In this document: positions 43,182 through 52,330 of the stretch, piece after piece
How positions within the stretch are numbered: the first letter of the stretch is position 1
How the letters are laid out: every line of letters starts with the position of its first letter
Source of the DNA: Gemmatimonadota bacterium
GTDB lineage: Bacteria; Gemmatimonadota; Gemmatimonadetes; JACCXV01; JAHWKZ01
Assembly (NCBI GenBank): GCA_039588915.1
Contig: JBDGYV010000009.1
Coordinates: 517-64,516 of the forward strand
Direction of reading: 5' to 3'
Length of the DNA: 64,000 nucleotides
Position numbers and translations under genes: made by a program
Notes under the pieces: generated by a model
What the model saw: the letters and a program-made list of their open reading frames with translations, nothing else
What the model was told of the DNA's origin: nothing
Database searches by the model: none

Positions 43182-46100
43182 CTATCGAACGACAAGCACG
43201 CGAATCGTTCGCTCCGCGCCGCTGGCGACGAGTCGCACCACGTATACGCCGGCCGGGACCGATACACCCGAATCTGCCTGGCCATCCCACGTGGCGGCTT
43301 GTTCGCCGGCGATGATATCGCCGTCAACCAACGTCCGAACGCGCTGCCCCAGTACGTTGTAAACGATCAACTCGACACGCGCACCACTGCCACCGCCAGC
43401 CGCTGGCACGGTAAACGGTATCGTGGTCTGTTGGCCCATCCTGAATGGGTTTGGGAAGTTCTGATCGAGGGCCAGCGCCTCGGGAGGCGGAGGAGGCGGA
43501 GGAGGAGGAACGCCGAGCACCCGATTAAAGTACGCGTCGCGGGCAGACTCGGCGGCGGCTTGCAGCGCCTGACGATCCGTTCCGGCCAACATCGCAACGG
43601 CCACCGTATCGGAGGCCCCTGCGCCAATCGTCAATGGACCCCGCCCGATGATCTGAAAAGCGTCTTGCGGTTGTGCTACGCTGGTCTGCGATTGCCCGCT
43701 TGTGAGGGCATCCCACTTCTCTTGATCCGAGAACTCCCCGCTGAACAGGTTGGGGGCCTCGGCAGGGACGAGCGTTGTACCGGGATTGCCAACCAGGCTA
43801 TTGACAATCTCGGCGCGAGTCACAGCTGCGAAAGAGATCTGCGCAAGGGTTACATCGTCCAGCCAGGCCACGCCCAGCGCTGGTTGTCCCGCTTGAGTGC
43901 CCTCGACGAAGCCCAATAGCCGCGACGGGTCCCAACCGACCGTCTCGGCGACGCCTCCCTGGCCATCGGGCAGGTCCCAATCAGCGAACAATCCAACGCG
44001 CAACCCACCTATCGTTTGTGACGATCTGTTCGTGAGAACGATCTGCAGCAGCACAAAGCTGTCCTCACCAGGCTCGCCAAACGCGAAACTCTCCTGACGC
44101 ACCTCGACGCCCAGTGGAGCCAGTGCGTGACGGTCATCATAGCGGGCTGTGATGCGCTGACCACCGGCGGCCTCGTCGACAACCATCGGGGAACCGGCCA
44201 GCGGGGACCAGTCGGTTGCGTTCTGGGTGTTTTCTCCGTATGGAACATCGTCAGAAAGTTGGTTGGCGCTAACGCCCACCATGAGTCCACCATGGAAGAG
44301 CCAGTTGTCACTCGTGGCCGGGAACCGGAAGCCGTTGCCGCGTAACCGGAAGCCGCTCTGGTGGATTCCAGTGTAGAAACCGACCCCTCCAAAGTTGGTG
44401 ACCGTCAGCCGAACTTGACCCCGATCATGGGTCGCGAAAGCCCCCTCGACCGGGTCACCGGCTTTGAGGACCATCCGGAAGGGTCCGATCTGCGCCCCTT
44501 GGATCGTCACATCCAGAACGATGTCCGTGCCCTGACTCACCGATGTTCCGATGTCGATCCCGAACGTCGAGTTGTCGCCCGGCTCGAAGACACCGCCGGG
44601 ACCAGCCAACGTGAGCGGGATCGACGACCGAGTGACCGAGATTCCCGGCGTCGGACTCGATAACAGTGCGGTTGTGGGCGGCACCGAAGCGCCATGATTG
44701 GTCAGGATCGGAATCAAACTCACGCTCACGCCGGGCCGCAGGACGAGCGCATCTTCGATACCGGACAACCCGAGCTTGACAGCACCCGCAGGCTCGGTGA
44801 ATCCGACCAACCGCGCGACCTGCTGATCGGGCCGGTTGACCCTCGCCAACGCGGCTTCCGCGTCGACCAGACCTTCCCCCGTGTCGTTGTCGTCACCTGG
44901 GAAACCTAGGTCTACCGCCGTGTCCAACAAGATCGCCTTTGCATCCTCCGGCGTGATGTCGGGATCTTTGGAGCGCATCAACGCCGCCACCCCGGCGACC
45001 ATTGGCGTCGAGAACGACGTCCCGCTCACGGTCCGAAAATCGTTGAACAATCCGCGACTGATAACGCCTTCGCCGCGGGCGACGACATCCGGCTTGGTGG
45101 CGTTCGGGCCGCCACACGCTGATGGGCCGCGACCCGACGATTGGGCAACAACGTTGCTCGCGTCGACCGACCCGACTGCGAACGCGTTGATCCGTGAGTC
45201 GGCACGGCTCGCTGGCGAGGTGACGCCCTGCTGGCCCTCATTTCCGGCCGACCACACCACGATTGGTCCGGCCGCTTCCAGCGCGTCAATCGCGTCATCA
45301 AAGATCGTATCACACACCAGCTGACCCGAGTCGTCAGTGTTCGTCAAGCCAAACGAGTTGCTCACGACATCTGGTACGTCACTGCGCGTCGCTGGATCCC
45401 CATCGGGGTCGCTCAACCACTCGAATATCTTGATCACGTTCGAGACAAATCCTTCGCCGCTTTCGAACGCATCGCCCGCGATCCACGTAGCGTGAAACGC
45501 AACGCCGTACGTCTGGTTGCCTCCGGTTATCAGACCCATCGTGGAGGTCCCATGGCCGGTTCCGATCGAGAAATCGTCTTCCGGGAACACCGTGAGCGAC
45601 ACCGGCGAGAGCCAGCTCGCGTCGCCGCCGGCGAAGCGACCTCGCCAACGATCACCGAAAGTGTCATCGTCTCCGTTGACGCCCGAGTCGACGTTGGCCA
45701 CGATCGCGCCGCGTCCGGTCACGCCCTGAGCCCACACTTGGGGTACTTTGAGTTGTTCGAGCTGTTCTTCGGGTACCGATAGCTGATTCGCTTCGACCGG
45801 CACCGAGCGGAAATTTTCGCCAAGCGTTAAGCGTCGATCCGGAACGATCTCGGCGATGCTCGGATCGGCCTGGAGCCGCGCTTTCCACTCAGGGTCCAAC
45901 TCAGCGACAACGGCGTTGATGACCCACAACCTATCGATCTCGACCAGCGCACCAGCTTGCGCTGCTTCCTCGAGCGGTTGCCGAGCCGCGGCTATCGATC
46001 GGCCATGAATCGCCTTGAGTCCGACAATCGCTCGCTGGTGGCGGATGTCCAGGGTCACTCCCCTCGTTCGAACGCTAGCGAGCAGGTTGGCTCGCGCCGC

Positions 46101-46223
46101 GGCGGCGTCCGCCAACCGGATGATCACGCGTTCACGCTCAGCGTTCGGGGCCGGACCCGCAGCCAGCCCGATCGCGCTGCCGATCGCCATGACCGCCCAC
46201 CACCGTGTTTGCTTTGGCTTCAC
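43182..46223 (-). CDS. S8-family (subtilisin-like) serine peptidase with poly-Pro linker and T9SS-type C-terminal sorting domain (1013 aa)
   Basis: Catalytic triad motifs VANVDSGV (Asp), GHGTSTMG (His) and GTSFSTPMVAGVAALM (Ser). N-terminal signal peptide. P9 linker. The C-terminus LDQNFPNPFRMGQQTTIPF...VELIVYNVLGQRVRTLVDG...WDGQADSGVSVPAGVYVVRL is typical of T9SS type A / FlgD-Ig-like CTDs. Confidence 0.88.
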   Translation of the reverse strand: MKPKQTRWWAVMAIGSAIGLAAGPAPNAERERVIIRLADAAAARANLLASVRTRGVTLDIRHQRAIVGLKAIHGRSIAAARQPLEEAAQAGALVEIDRLWVINAVVAELDPEWKARLQADPSIAEIVPDRRLTLGENFRSVPVEANQLSVPEEQLEQLKVPQVWAQGVTGRGAIVANVDSGVNGDDDTFGDRWRGRFAGGDASWLSPVSLTVFPEDDFSIGTGHGTSTMGLITGGNQTYGVAFHATWIAGDAFESGEGFVSNVIKIFEWLSDPDGDPATRSDVPDVVSNSFGLTNTDDSGQLVCDTIFDDAIDALEAAGPIVVWSAGNEGQQGVTSPASRADSRINAFAVGSVDASNVVAQSSGRGPSACGGPNATKPDVVARGEGVISRGLFNDFRTVSGTSFSTPMVAGVAALMRSKDPDITPEDAKAILLDTAVDLGFPGDDNDTGEGLVDAEAALARVNRPDQQVARLVGFTEPAGAVKLGLSGIEDALVLRPGVSVSLIPILTNHGASVPPTTALLSSPTPGISVTRSSIPLTLAGPGGVFEPGDNSTFGIDIGTSVSQGTDIVLDVTIQGAQIGPFRMVLKAGDPVEGAFATHDRGQVRLTVTNFGGVGFYTGIHQSGFRLRGNGFRFPATSDNWLFHGGLMVGVSANQLSDDVPYGENTQNATDWSPLAGSPMVVDEAAGGQRITARYDDRHALAPLGVEVRQESFAFGEPGEDSFVLLQIVLTNRSSQTIGGLRVGLFADWDLPDGQGGVAETVGWDPSRLLGFVEGTQAGQPALGVAWLDDVTLAQISFAAVTRAEIVNSLVGNPGTTLVPAEAPNLFSGEFSDQEKWDALTSGQSQTSVAQPQDAFQIIGRGPLTIGAGASDTVAVAMLAGTDRQALQAAAESARDAYFNRVLGVPPPPPPPPPEALALDQNFPNPFRMGQQTTIPFTVPAAGGGSGARVELIVYNVLGQRVRTLVDGDIIAGEQAATWDGQADSGVSVPAGVYVVRLVASGAERTIRVLVVR

Positions 46224-47029
46224 AACAACTCCAGCTGGATATCGCTGTATCCACCGGCCCGAATGCGAGCTAGGCTCTGCAGACCCGCTTCCACCGGCAT
46301 CTCGATTACCTTTATCGCGTCGGGGGCATAGCGGAAGAGTTTCTCAAATACGTTCTTCCAATCGATCGCCCCGTCACCGAGCAGTAGATGATCGTCCGAG
46401 AAGGTGTCCGTGTCATGCAGGTGCACCTCGCGGATTCCGCTCCCCAATTCCTGCCACCAGGTATCGATGGATACGGTACCAAAAATGTGAACGTGGGCCA
46501 CGTCCAGGGTAAAACCGAGGTGCCTGGCATCCAACTGGTCCCGGAGATCAAGTAATACTCGAGGTGTGGGCTCGAACATGTTCTCCAGCAGCAACGTAAT
46601 GCTGGCGTCGGCAGCGAGGCCTACAAGCCTCTCCCAGACTTCCAGGCTTAGGGCCATCCAGCCCGGAAGCGTCGACTCCGGCAACAGGGGCAGGTACCCG
46701 GTGTGGAAGTTGGCGTGCCGGGCTCCCAACGCACCGGCTACGCTGATCGTGCGCTCCCAGCAGAGTCGGGTGTGCTTGCGTACGACGGGGTCCAAACTGC
46801 CGGGGTTGAGATCGAAGATCGGTGCGTGGACCGAGACCTCGATCCCACGTTGGGCGAGCTCGTCGCCGAGCTTTCTGACCCCCGTGGTTTTGCCCAGATT
46901 GAGCAGCCACTCCGTGTCGTAGAGCGCGATCTCGACGCCAAGCTCCCGCTCCGCCAATCGGTCCAGCTGACGGCTGACGTCGGAGAAAGAGGTGCTGAGC
47001 GAAAACCGGGGTGCCATGAAGGACGCCAA
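46220..47029 (-). CDS. sugar phosphate isomerase/epimerase (xylose isomerase-like TIM barrel) family protein
   Basis: 269 aa with an HAPIFDLNPGS..., ANFHTGY..., LLLENMFE..., HLHD metal-ligand pattern typical of the AP_endonuc_2 TIM-barrel family. Confidence 0.75.
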   Translation of the reverse strand: MASFMAPRFSLSTSFSDVSRQLDRLAERELGVEIALYDTEWLLNLGKTTGVRKLGDELAQRGIEVSVHAPIFDLNPGSLDPVVRKHTRLCWERTISVAGALGARHANFHTGYLPLLPESTLPGWMALSLEVWERLVGLAADASITLLLENMFEPTPRVLLDLRDQLDARHLGFTLDVAHVHIFGTVSIDTWWQELGSGIREVHLHDTDTFSDDHLLLGDGAIDWKNVFEKLFRYAPDAIKVIEMPVEAGLQSLARIRAGGYSDIQLELL

Positions 47030-47104
47030 TCTACCGGCGCCTTTTGACCCACGTCCAGCCGCTTCCGATTCTATCGTCTGGCTACCGCTCCTCGCGGCGA
47101 ATCA

Positions 47105-48547
47105 TCACGCGTCGGAGAAGTGGCTCGGTATATCTATCCCATACTTGTCGGGATCGAGCACCTTGACGATCGATCGTGGGTACCGTCCGTCTTCATCCTT
47201 CTCCGTCAAGCTCACCTCTGGTCCATCGATTCGTGTGCCATCGGCGGCCGCGATCAATCTGACCTGGGGTCGACGAAGGTTCTTGGGACTCGGATCGGGG
47301 CTCATCACGATCGCGACTTCACCGGTGTCGAGCAGACACATCGATCCGACTGGAACGATGCCGAGAACGCTAATGAACGCTTTGACCAGGACGTGATCGA
47401 ATCGAGTCCCGCTCTGTTCCTCGAGGATCTCGACCATCCGGGCTGGGGTGATGGGATCGGTCTTGTAGACGCGAGGCGTCGTGCCTGCGTCAAAGGCGTC
47501 GGCGATACCGACGATCTTGGAGTAGAAGGAGAGCTCACGAGGTGCATAAAGCTTCGGATAGCCAGAAAGGTCAATGTTGAGGTGGTGCTCGAAAGCCACC
47601 AGCATCTCGTGGGCCGGCATCGTCCCTGTTACCCGGTCGGTGATCAGGCGCCACGCCCCGTAGGTCGTGTGCCGCTGCATGACGCTCCATTCATCGTCGG
47701 TCAAGCCACCGGCCTTGTTGAGCACCCCCTTGGGCACGTCCACTTTTCCGACGTCGTGCAGTAGCGCCGCCAATCCGAGCTTGTAGAGCTCGAGCCGAGT
47801 CAAACCGATTTTATGACCCAGCGACACCGACAGGATGCATACGTTCACGGAGTGGGTGAACGTGGGCTCATCGTAGTCCCGGAGGCAGGTCATCCCGAGG
47901 ATCAGCATCTCCTCGGTGAGGACCTCGTCGACGATGGACTGGACGGCACGCCGGATTCGGTAACGCGGCGGCAAACGACCCTCCCGTTGGCTCTCGAGCA
48001 GGTCGCGAACGACCGCCACCCCCATCCGGTACGTGACACCGACCCGTTCTTTTGTGAGGGCGTCAGCACCAGCAAAAGGATCGTGTACGATTTCGCTGCC
48101 TCGCGTCAGCACCTCCACATTCTGAATCCCGGCTTCAGTGAGCCGCGTACCAAGAGTCGCGTGCGCCGCGCCCCCGTTGCTCTGGTAGCGTCCAACCACA
48201 GCCGCGAAGTGGGCCGCTTCGTCTCCGTCCATTGGTCCGGTCCACTCGAATCCGCCGACCCCGAGATCGTTCACGAACTGCCGCAGCTTCGAGTACAGCT
48301 CGTAGGTATGCAGCTCCATGCGCACACGGGTTCCGTTGACCTCGATGATGTCGTCGCCGACCTCAAGCTTGGCTGCTTGGTCGAGCTCGCGCAGCGATCG
48401 TAGGCAGGTCGCCAACTTCTCGCCCGCCAGTTTCAGGGTTTCGTTGCTTGGCTCATAGAGCTGTGCCGATCGGAGAGCGACCCAGAGGTCCTGCACTAGC
48501 TCGGCAGCGAGCGCATGCCGGGCGTGAGAGACCGAACTCACGCTCAT
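47105..48547 (-). CDS. HD-GYP domain protein (putative c-di-GMP phosphodiesterase) with N-terminal sensor-like module
   Basis: HSVNVCILSVSLG..., AALLHDVGKVDVP..., MQRHTTYG..., FEHHLNIDLSGYP and IADAFDA. Confidence 0.88.
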   Translation of the reverse strand: MSVSSVSHARHALAAELVQDLWVALRSAQLYEPSNETLKLAGEKLATCLRSLRELDQAAKLEVGDDIIEVNGTRVRMELHTYELYSKLRQFVNDLGVGGFEWTGPMDGDEAAHFAAVVGRYQSNGGAAHATLGTRLTEAGIQNVEVLTRGSEIVHDPFAGADALTKERVGVTYRMGVAVVRDLLESQREGRLPPRYRIRRAVQSIVDEVLTEEMLILGMTCLRDYDEPTFTHSVNVCILSVSLGHKIGLTRLELYKLGLAALLHDVGKVDVPKGVLNKAGGLTDDEWSVMQRHTTYGAWRLITDRVTGTMPAHEMLVAFEHHLNIDLSGYPKLYAPRELSFYSKIVGIADAFDAGTTPRVYKTDPITPARMVEILEEQSGTRFDHVLVKAFISVLGIVPVGSMCLLDTGEVAIVMSPDPSPKNLRRPQVRLIAAADGTRIDGPEVSLTEKDEDGRYPRSIVKVLDPDKYGIDIPSHFSDA

Positions 48548-50232
48548 GGTCGGTGGTCGACCTTCCCGGTGTCGCCGCTCAACGCCCTCCGGGCAGCCTG
48601 TCGGACATGCGGGCTGCCGGATTCACTCGCCTGCTGGAGGATCTCGCGCCCAGTGACCGTCTCGGTGGCCAAAAGTCCGACGGCCGCGTTGAAAGCCCCC
48701 TCGGGGTCCACCCGACGGAAAAAACCGCCTCGCCGTCTCAGGCGTCGTGCGAGCGAATCGACAACGGTCGATCCGCCGAGCGCACCGTAGGCCTCGAAAA
48801 ACAGCCGTCGCTCTGCCGGCGATCGATCAGACAGTTCTCGGGAGTTAACCAGCGACGCAACGCGCTGGAGGGCGAGCGAGTACCTGCGGCCAATCACATG
48901 TCTCAGAGCGTAGAGACGAATCGCTGGGTCGCTGTCGTCGACCCGCTCCGCGATCAACCCCAACGCGCGAGGGTCCTCGAATTGCTTGAGTGCCAGCAAG
49001 GCCTCGCGTCTCAGCTTCGCCTCGCGCCTGGCCAGCATTTTCCCTAACGGGTCGACCAAGCTCGGGTCGCCCAGTAGGCCAGCCAGATACGCCGCCGAGC
49101 CGGCCGCACCGAGGTTTTCACCCTCCATCGAAGCGACCAAGGCCTCCGGGTCGGACTCGGCCAGTTGCACAAACGTCTCGGCTAGGATCGGGCGCTGACA
49201 GAGGCGCTTGAAGTCGGGCAATCCCGCCAGCAGGACGGCAATGTTCCCAGTGCCGAAGACCTGGTAGAAGCCAGCGACTTCGGCATCCGTCACCTGACCC
49301 GCCTCAAGGCGCATGCTCAGCTGTTCTAGCACCTTCGTCGCAAGCGATTGGGCTCGCATCTGCCCAAAGGTCTCTTGCGCACGCACGTCGGCTTGGCTCT
49401 CGTCCACGCAGGGCTTGAACAGTTCATGCATCCCCTGTACGGCGTCAAACTCGTTGCGTTCAAGGAGGCCGTCCTGGATCTCTTCCAGCGCTCCAAGAAT
49501 CGGGCTTGGGTCTTCGTGGGGCGGATTGAGAACGAGCTCGCGCATGCAGCTCAGCACCTGCTCCAGAACCCCTCGCTCCTGTTCGGCGCGCAATTGCCGC
49601 TCGAGGTACGCCAGATCTTCATCGTCGAGCCGATACAAGTTTGGCTCGCTCTCATGAATCATCGGAAGACGGGTGACGTCGATGCGGTCTTCGTCATCGA
49701 GATCGAGGGTCGGTACGTCCTCATCGGAGCCCACCTCTGGAACCAGTTCGGGCTTGGCGGGCACCCACTCGCGGTCGGCGAGTCGCTCGACATACGAGTA
49801 CTGGATGTGCAGCAGCCGCTCCTCCCAGAGTCGGGCGATCAGCTCGGACTCGAAACCAACTCTGGCGGAGGCCGCGACATTATCCAGAAAGATCGCCAAC
49901 TCATCTTCCACGAGTCCGGGATAGAAAGCGAGTTTCCGCAACCCCTCGCGGTACATCAGGAAAGCGAGCGAGTCAGTGCCCGTCGGACGACGGTACACGA
50001 TCTCGTCGAGCCACTGGAACGTGTCTTCCTTGATCTCCAGTTCGATGGGACCGAAGGTGTTGAGGAGCTCGTCGATTCGTGCGGTGGCCGCTGCCTCGGT
50101 CTCGAGGCGTTGTGGATGTCCGGGATCGTAGAGCCGTCGCCCCTTGAAGACGCGCACCAGCTCGTTCATGAGCTCAGCGGCCGCGTGAGCGTGGGGCGAG
50201 CTGATCCCAGCGCCGATGGACTCGCTGCTCAC
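48544..50232 (-). CDS. HEAT-repeat protein with N-terminal module paralogous to the N-terminus of the adjacent HD-GYP protein
   Basis: C-terminal HEAT-like repeats (DPAIRLYALRHVIG..., GSPHVRQAARRAL...). The track start at 50340 would leave only 15 nt to the divergent lexA. GTG at 50232 (VSSESIGAGISSPHAHAAAELMNELV...) parallels the HD-GYP N-terminus and leaves a 123-nt divergent promoter region. The start is uncertain. Confidence 0.65.
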   Translation of the reverse strand: MSSESIGAGISSPHAHAAAELMNELVRVFKGRRLYDPGHPQRLETEAAATARIDELLNTFGPIELEIKEDTFQWLDEIVYRRPTGTDSLAFLMYREGLRKLAFYPGLVEDELAIFLDNVAASARVGFESELIARLWEERLLHIQYSYVERLADREWVPAKPELVPEVGSDEDVPTLDLDDEDRIDVTRLPMIHESEPNLYRLDDEDLAYLERQLRAEQERGVLEQVLSCMRELVLNPPHEDPSPILGALEEIQDGLLERNEFDAVQGMHELFKPCVDESQADVRAQETFGQMRAQSLATKVLEQLSMRLEAGQVTDAEVAGFYQVFGTGNIAVLLAGLPDFKRLCQRPILAETFVQLAESDPEALVASMEGENLGAAGSAAYLAGLLGDPSLVDPLGKMLARREAKLRREALLALKQFEDPRALGLIAERVDDSDPAIRLYALRHVIGRRYSLALQRVASLVNSRELSDRSPAERRLFFEAYGALGGSTVVDSLARRLRRRGGFFRRVDPEGAFNAAVGLLATETVTGREILQQASESGSPHVRQAARRALSGDTGKVDHRP

Positions 50233-50289
50233 GATTCGCCGTCCCTCATTAGGACGCTCCCGAGACGCGAGATCCAGCGCTGCCGCGAC

Positions 50290-50317
50290 TTGACTTTCGG
50301 GATTTCTTCGGTAATTT
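50290..50317 (+). promoter_or_regulatory. candidate lexA promoter (TTGACT-N16-TAATTT)
   Basis: The plus strand reads cTTGACTttcgggatttcttcggTAATTTtgcc, ~40 nt upstream of the lexA ATG. GGGAGG Shine-Dalgarno at 50343-50348. Confidence 0.3.
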
Positions 50318-50355
50318 TGCCCATCGGGACTTACCACCACCTGGGAGGTCTGCGC

Positions 50356-50958
50356 ATGAACCTAACAAAGCGCCAGCGTGAAATATATGACTATATCCAA
50401 TCATTTATGGAGCAGCGTGGGTACGCTCCAAGCCTCGAGGAGATCGCTGCCGAATTCGGTCTCTCCTCGGTGGCCACCGTCCACGAGCACATTCGCAACT
50501 TGGAGGCCAAAGGGATCCTCAAGCGTGACGCACACCGGAGTCGGGCATTGGAGCTGACCCCACCCGCGTCTGCCACGGCGGTTGAACTCCCATTGCTCGG
50601 TCAGGTCGCTGCGGGCGAGCCGCTCGAGGCGATACAGACCGAGGACACGATAGCTATTCCCGAGCACCTACTGGGACGAGGCGAGACGTTCGTGCTACGC
50701 GTCCGCGGGGATTCGATGATCGATGAGCAGGTACAGGACGGCGACTACTTGATCGTTGAACGACGTCAGACCGCTCGGGACGGGGAACGCGTGGTTGCGC
50801 TCATTGACGGCGAGAACGCGACATTCAAGACGTTCCACCGCGGCCCCGATGGCACCGTAGTGTTGAAGCCGGCGAACGATGAGCTAGAACCGATGCGGCT
50901 AGACGCTGGCAGGGTCGAAATCCAGGGCGTGGCGATCGGAATACTTCGGAAGTACTAG
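50356..50958 (+). CDS. lexA: LexA repressor
   Basis: MNLTKRQREIYDYIQSFMEQRGYAPSLEEIAAEFGLSSVATVHEHIRNLEAKGIL (wHTH), the Ala-Gly cleavage site (QVAAGEP), RVRGDSMID (Ser) and LKPAND (Lys). It is the 3' 200 codons of track ORF 49348..50958. Confidence 0.93.
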   Translation: MNLTKRQREIYDYIQSFMEQRGYAPSLEEIAAEFGLSSVATVHEHIRNLEAKGILKRDAHRSRALELTPPASATAVELPLLGQVAAGEPLEAIQTEDTIAIPEHLLGRGETFVLRVRGDSMIDEQVQDGDYLIVERRQTARDGERVVALIDGENATFKTFHRGPDGTVVLKPANDELEPMRLDAGRVEIQGVAIGILRKY

Positions 50959-50965
50959 TGGCGGG

Positions 50966-52255
50966 TTAGACTCGGGTTTCCGAGGTCCAAACGGGTTCTT
51001 CGCCACCTGGTGCAACGGGCGGAACCGCAGCCAGATCTCCCTCGGAGGCCGCCACGATCACGGCGCACGATGAATCGCCGGTGACATTGACGGCCGTTCT
51101 GCACATGTCGAGTATCCGATCGACCCCGAGGATCAACGCGATGCCCTCGAGCGGTATCCCCACCGTCCGGAGCACCAAGGCCAATGTGATCATGCCGACA
51201 CCTGGCACCCCGGCGGCACCAACTGATGCCAACGTGGCGGTCAGCACTACGAGCAACTGCTGGGTTAGCGACAGTTCGAGCCCGTATACCTGAGCTATGA
51301 AGATCGTCGCTGCCCCCTGGTAGAGTGCTGTGCCGTCCATGTTGATCGTCGCACCAAGCGGGAGGACGAACGCCGAAACCTCCTCCCCAACCCCCAGGTT
51401 CTCCTCCGCGCATTCCATCGTCACCGGCAGCGTCACGTTCGACGACGACGTGCTGAAGGCAACCAGTTGAGCGGGCGCGATTCCCTTGAAGAAATGAACC
51501 GGGTTCATCCCACCAAGGAAACGAACGGCGGTTGGGTAGATGACGCCCCCATGGATGATGAGGCCGACAATCACAACCGCCGCGTAAACAAACAACGTCT
51601 TGAGGATTCCAACGCCGTACTGCCCGACGATTGCGGCGATCAGCGCAAAAACCCCGTACGGCGCGATTCTCATGACCAAGTGAACCAGCTTTATCATCGC
51701 TTCATTGATGCCTTCAGCCAGATCCACGATCGGCTTGACATGTTTCCTATCGAGTTGGGTCAACACGACACCAAGGATCAGGGCAAAGAAAATGACCTGC
51801 AGCATGTTGGCTTGGGCCAGCGATTCGATCGGGTTGGTTGGAATGATGTCGAGCAGCGTGTCTATGACGCTCGGCTTGTCGCCTAGCCGATCGATGTTGA
51901 CCTGTGTGGCGCCGGAAAAATCGGTCAGCAGGCGGTCCTTGATCGCTGGATCGAGTCGCGAGCCCGGCCGGATGATGTTGGCCAGCACCAGCCCGATCGT
52001 GATCGCGATCGAGGTTGTCGCCAGGTAGTAGCCTATCGTCTTGATCCCGATACGCCCCAGTTTCGCCAGGTCACCGAGGCTGGTCACGCCCAGCAGGATC
52101 GATGCGAAGACGAGTGGGACCACGATCATCGTTATCAACTTGATGAACGCGTCGCCGATCGGTTTTACAACCGCAATCGGTGGCCCAACGATGACGCCGG
52201 CCACTGCGCCCAACGCGAGTCCGAGGAGGATCTGTGTGTGGAGTTTTAGCCGCAC
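50966..52255 (-). CDS. dicarboxylate/amino acid:cation symporter (DAACS/GltP family)
   Basis: 429 aa, polytopic. SSSNVTLPVTM, GATINMDGTALY and AVNVTGDS are SDF-family motifs. Confidence 0.9.
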   Translation of the reverse strand: MRLKLHTQILLGLALGAVAGVIVGPPIAVVKPIGDAFIKLITMIVVPLVFASILLGVTSLGDLAKLGRIGIKTIGYYLATTSIAITIGLVLANIIRPGSRLDPAIKDRLLTDFSGATQVNIDRLGDKPSVIDTLLDIIPTNPIESLAQANMLQVIFFALILGVVLTQLDRKHVKPIVDLAEGINEAMIKLVHLVMRIAPYGVFALIAAIVGQYGVGILKTLFVYAAVVIVGLIIHGGVIYPTAVRFLGGMNPVHFFKGIAPAQLVAFSTSSSNVTLPVTMECAEENLGVGEEVSAFVLPLGATINMDGTALYQGAATIFIAQVYGLELSLTQQLLVVLTATLASVGAAGVPGVGMITLALVLRTVGIPLEGIALILGVDRILDMCRTAVNVTGDSSCAVIVAASEGDLAAVPPVAPGGEEPVWTSETRV

Positions 52256-52330
52256 GGCAGTCGAACGTAGCGAGGTGAATTGCTTCCCGACAACCCCCCC
52301 GGTATTTTGCTACTTTACTTGGACGAACGC

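Noticed and set aside
43483-43509. GGAGGC/GGAGGA-rich low-complexity DNA, considered as a repeat element or G-quadruplex-type signal
   Set aside because: It is the in-frame poly-proline (P9) linker of the S8 peptidase, read on the opposite strand.
50966-52330. Strand switch around lexA, the symporter and truA as a possible replication origin or terminus
   Set aside because: I saw no DnaA-box clusters, AT-rich unwinding element or dif-like site by eye. The switch involves only a 10-kb plus-strand block, after which genes return to the minus strand. A genome-wide GC-skew computation would be needed to decide.
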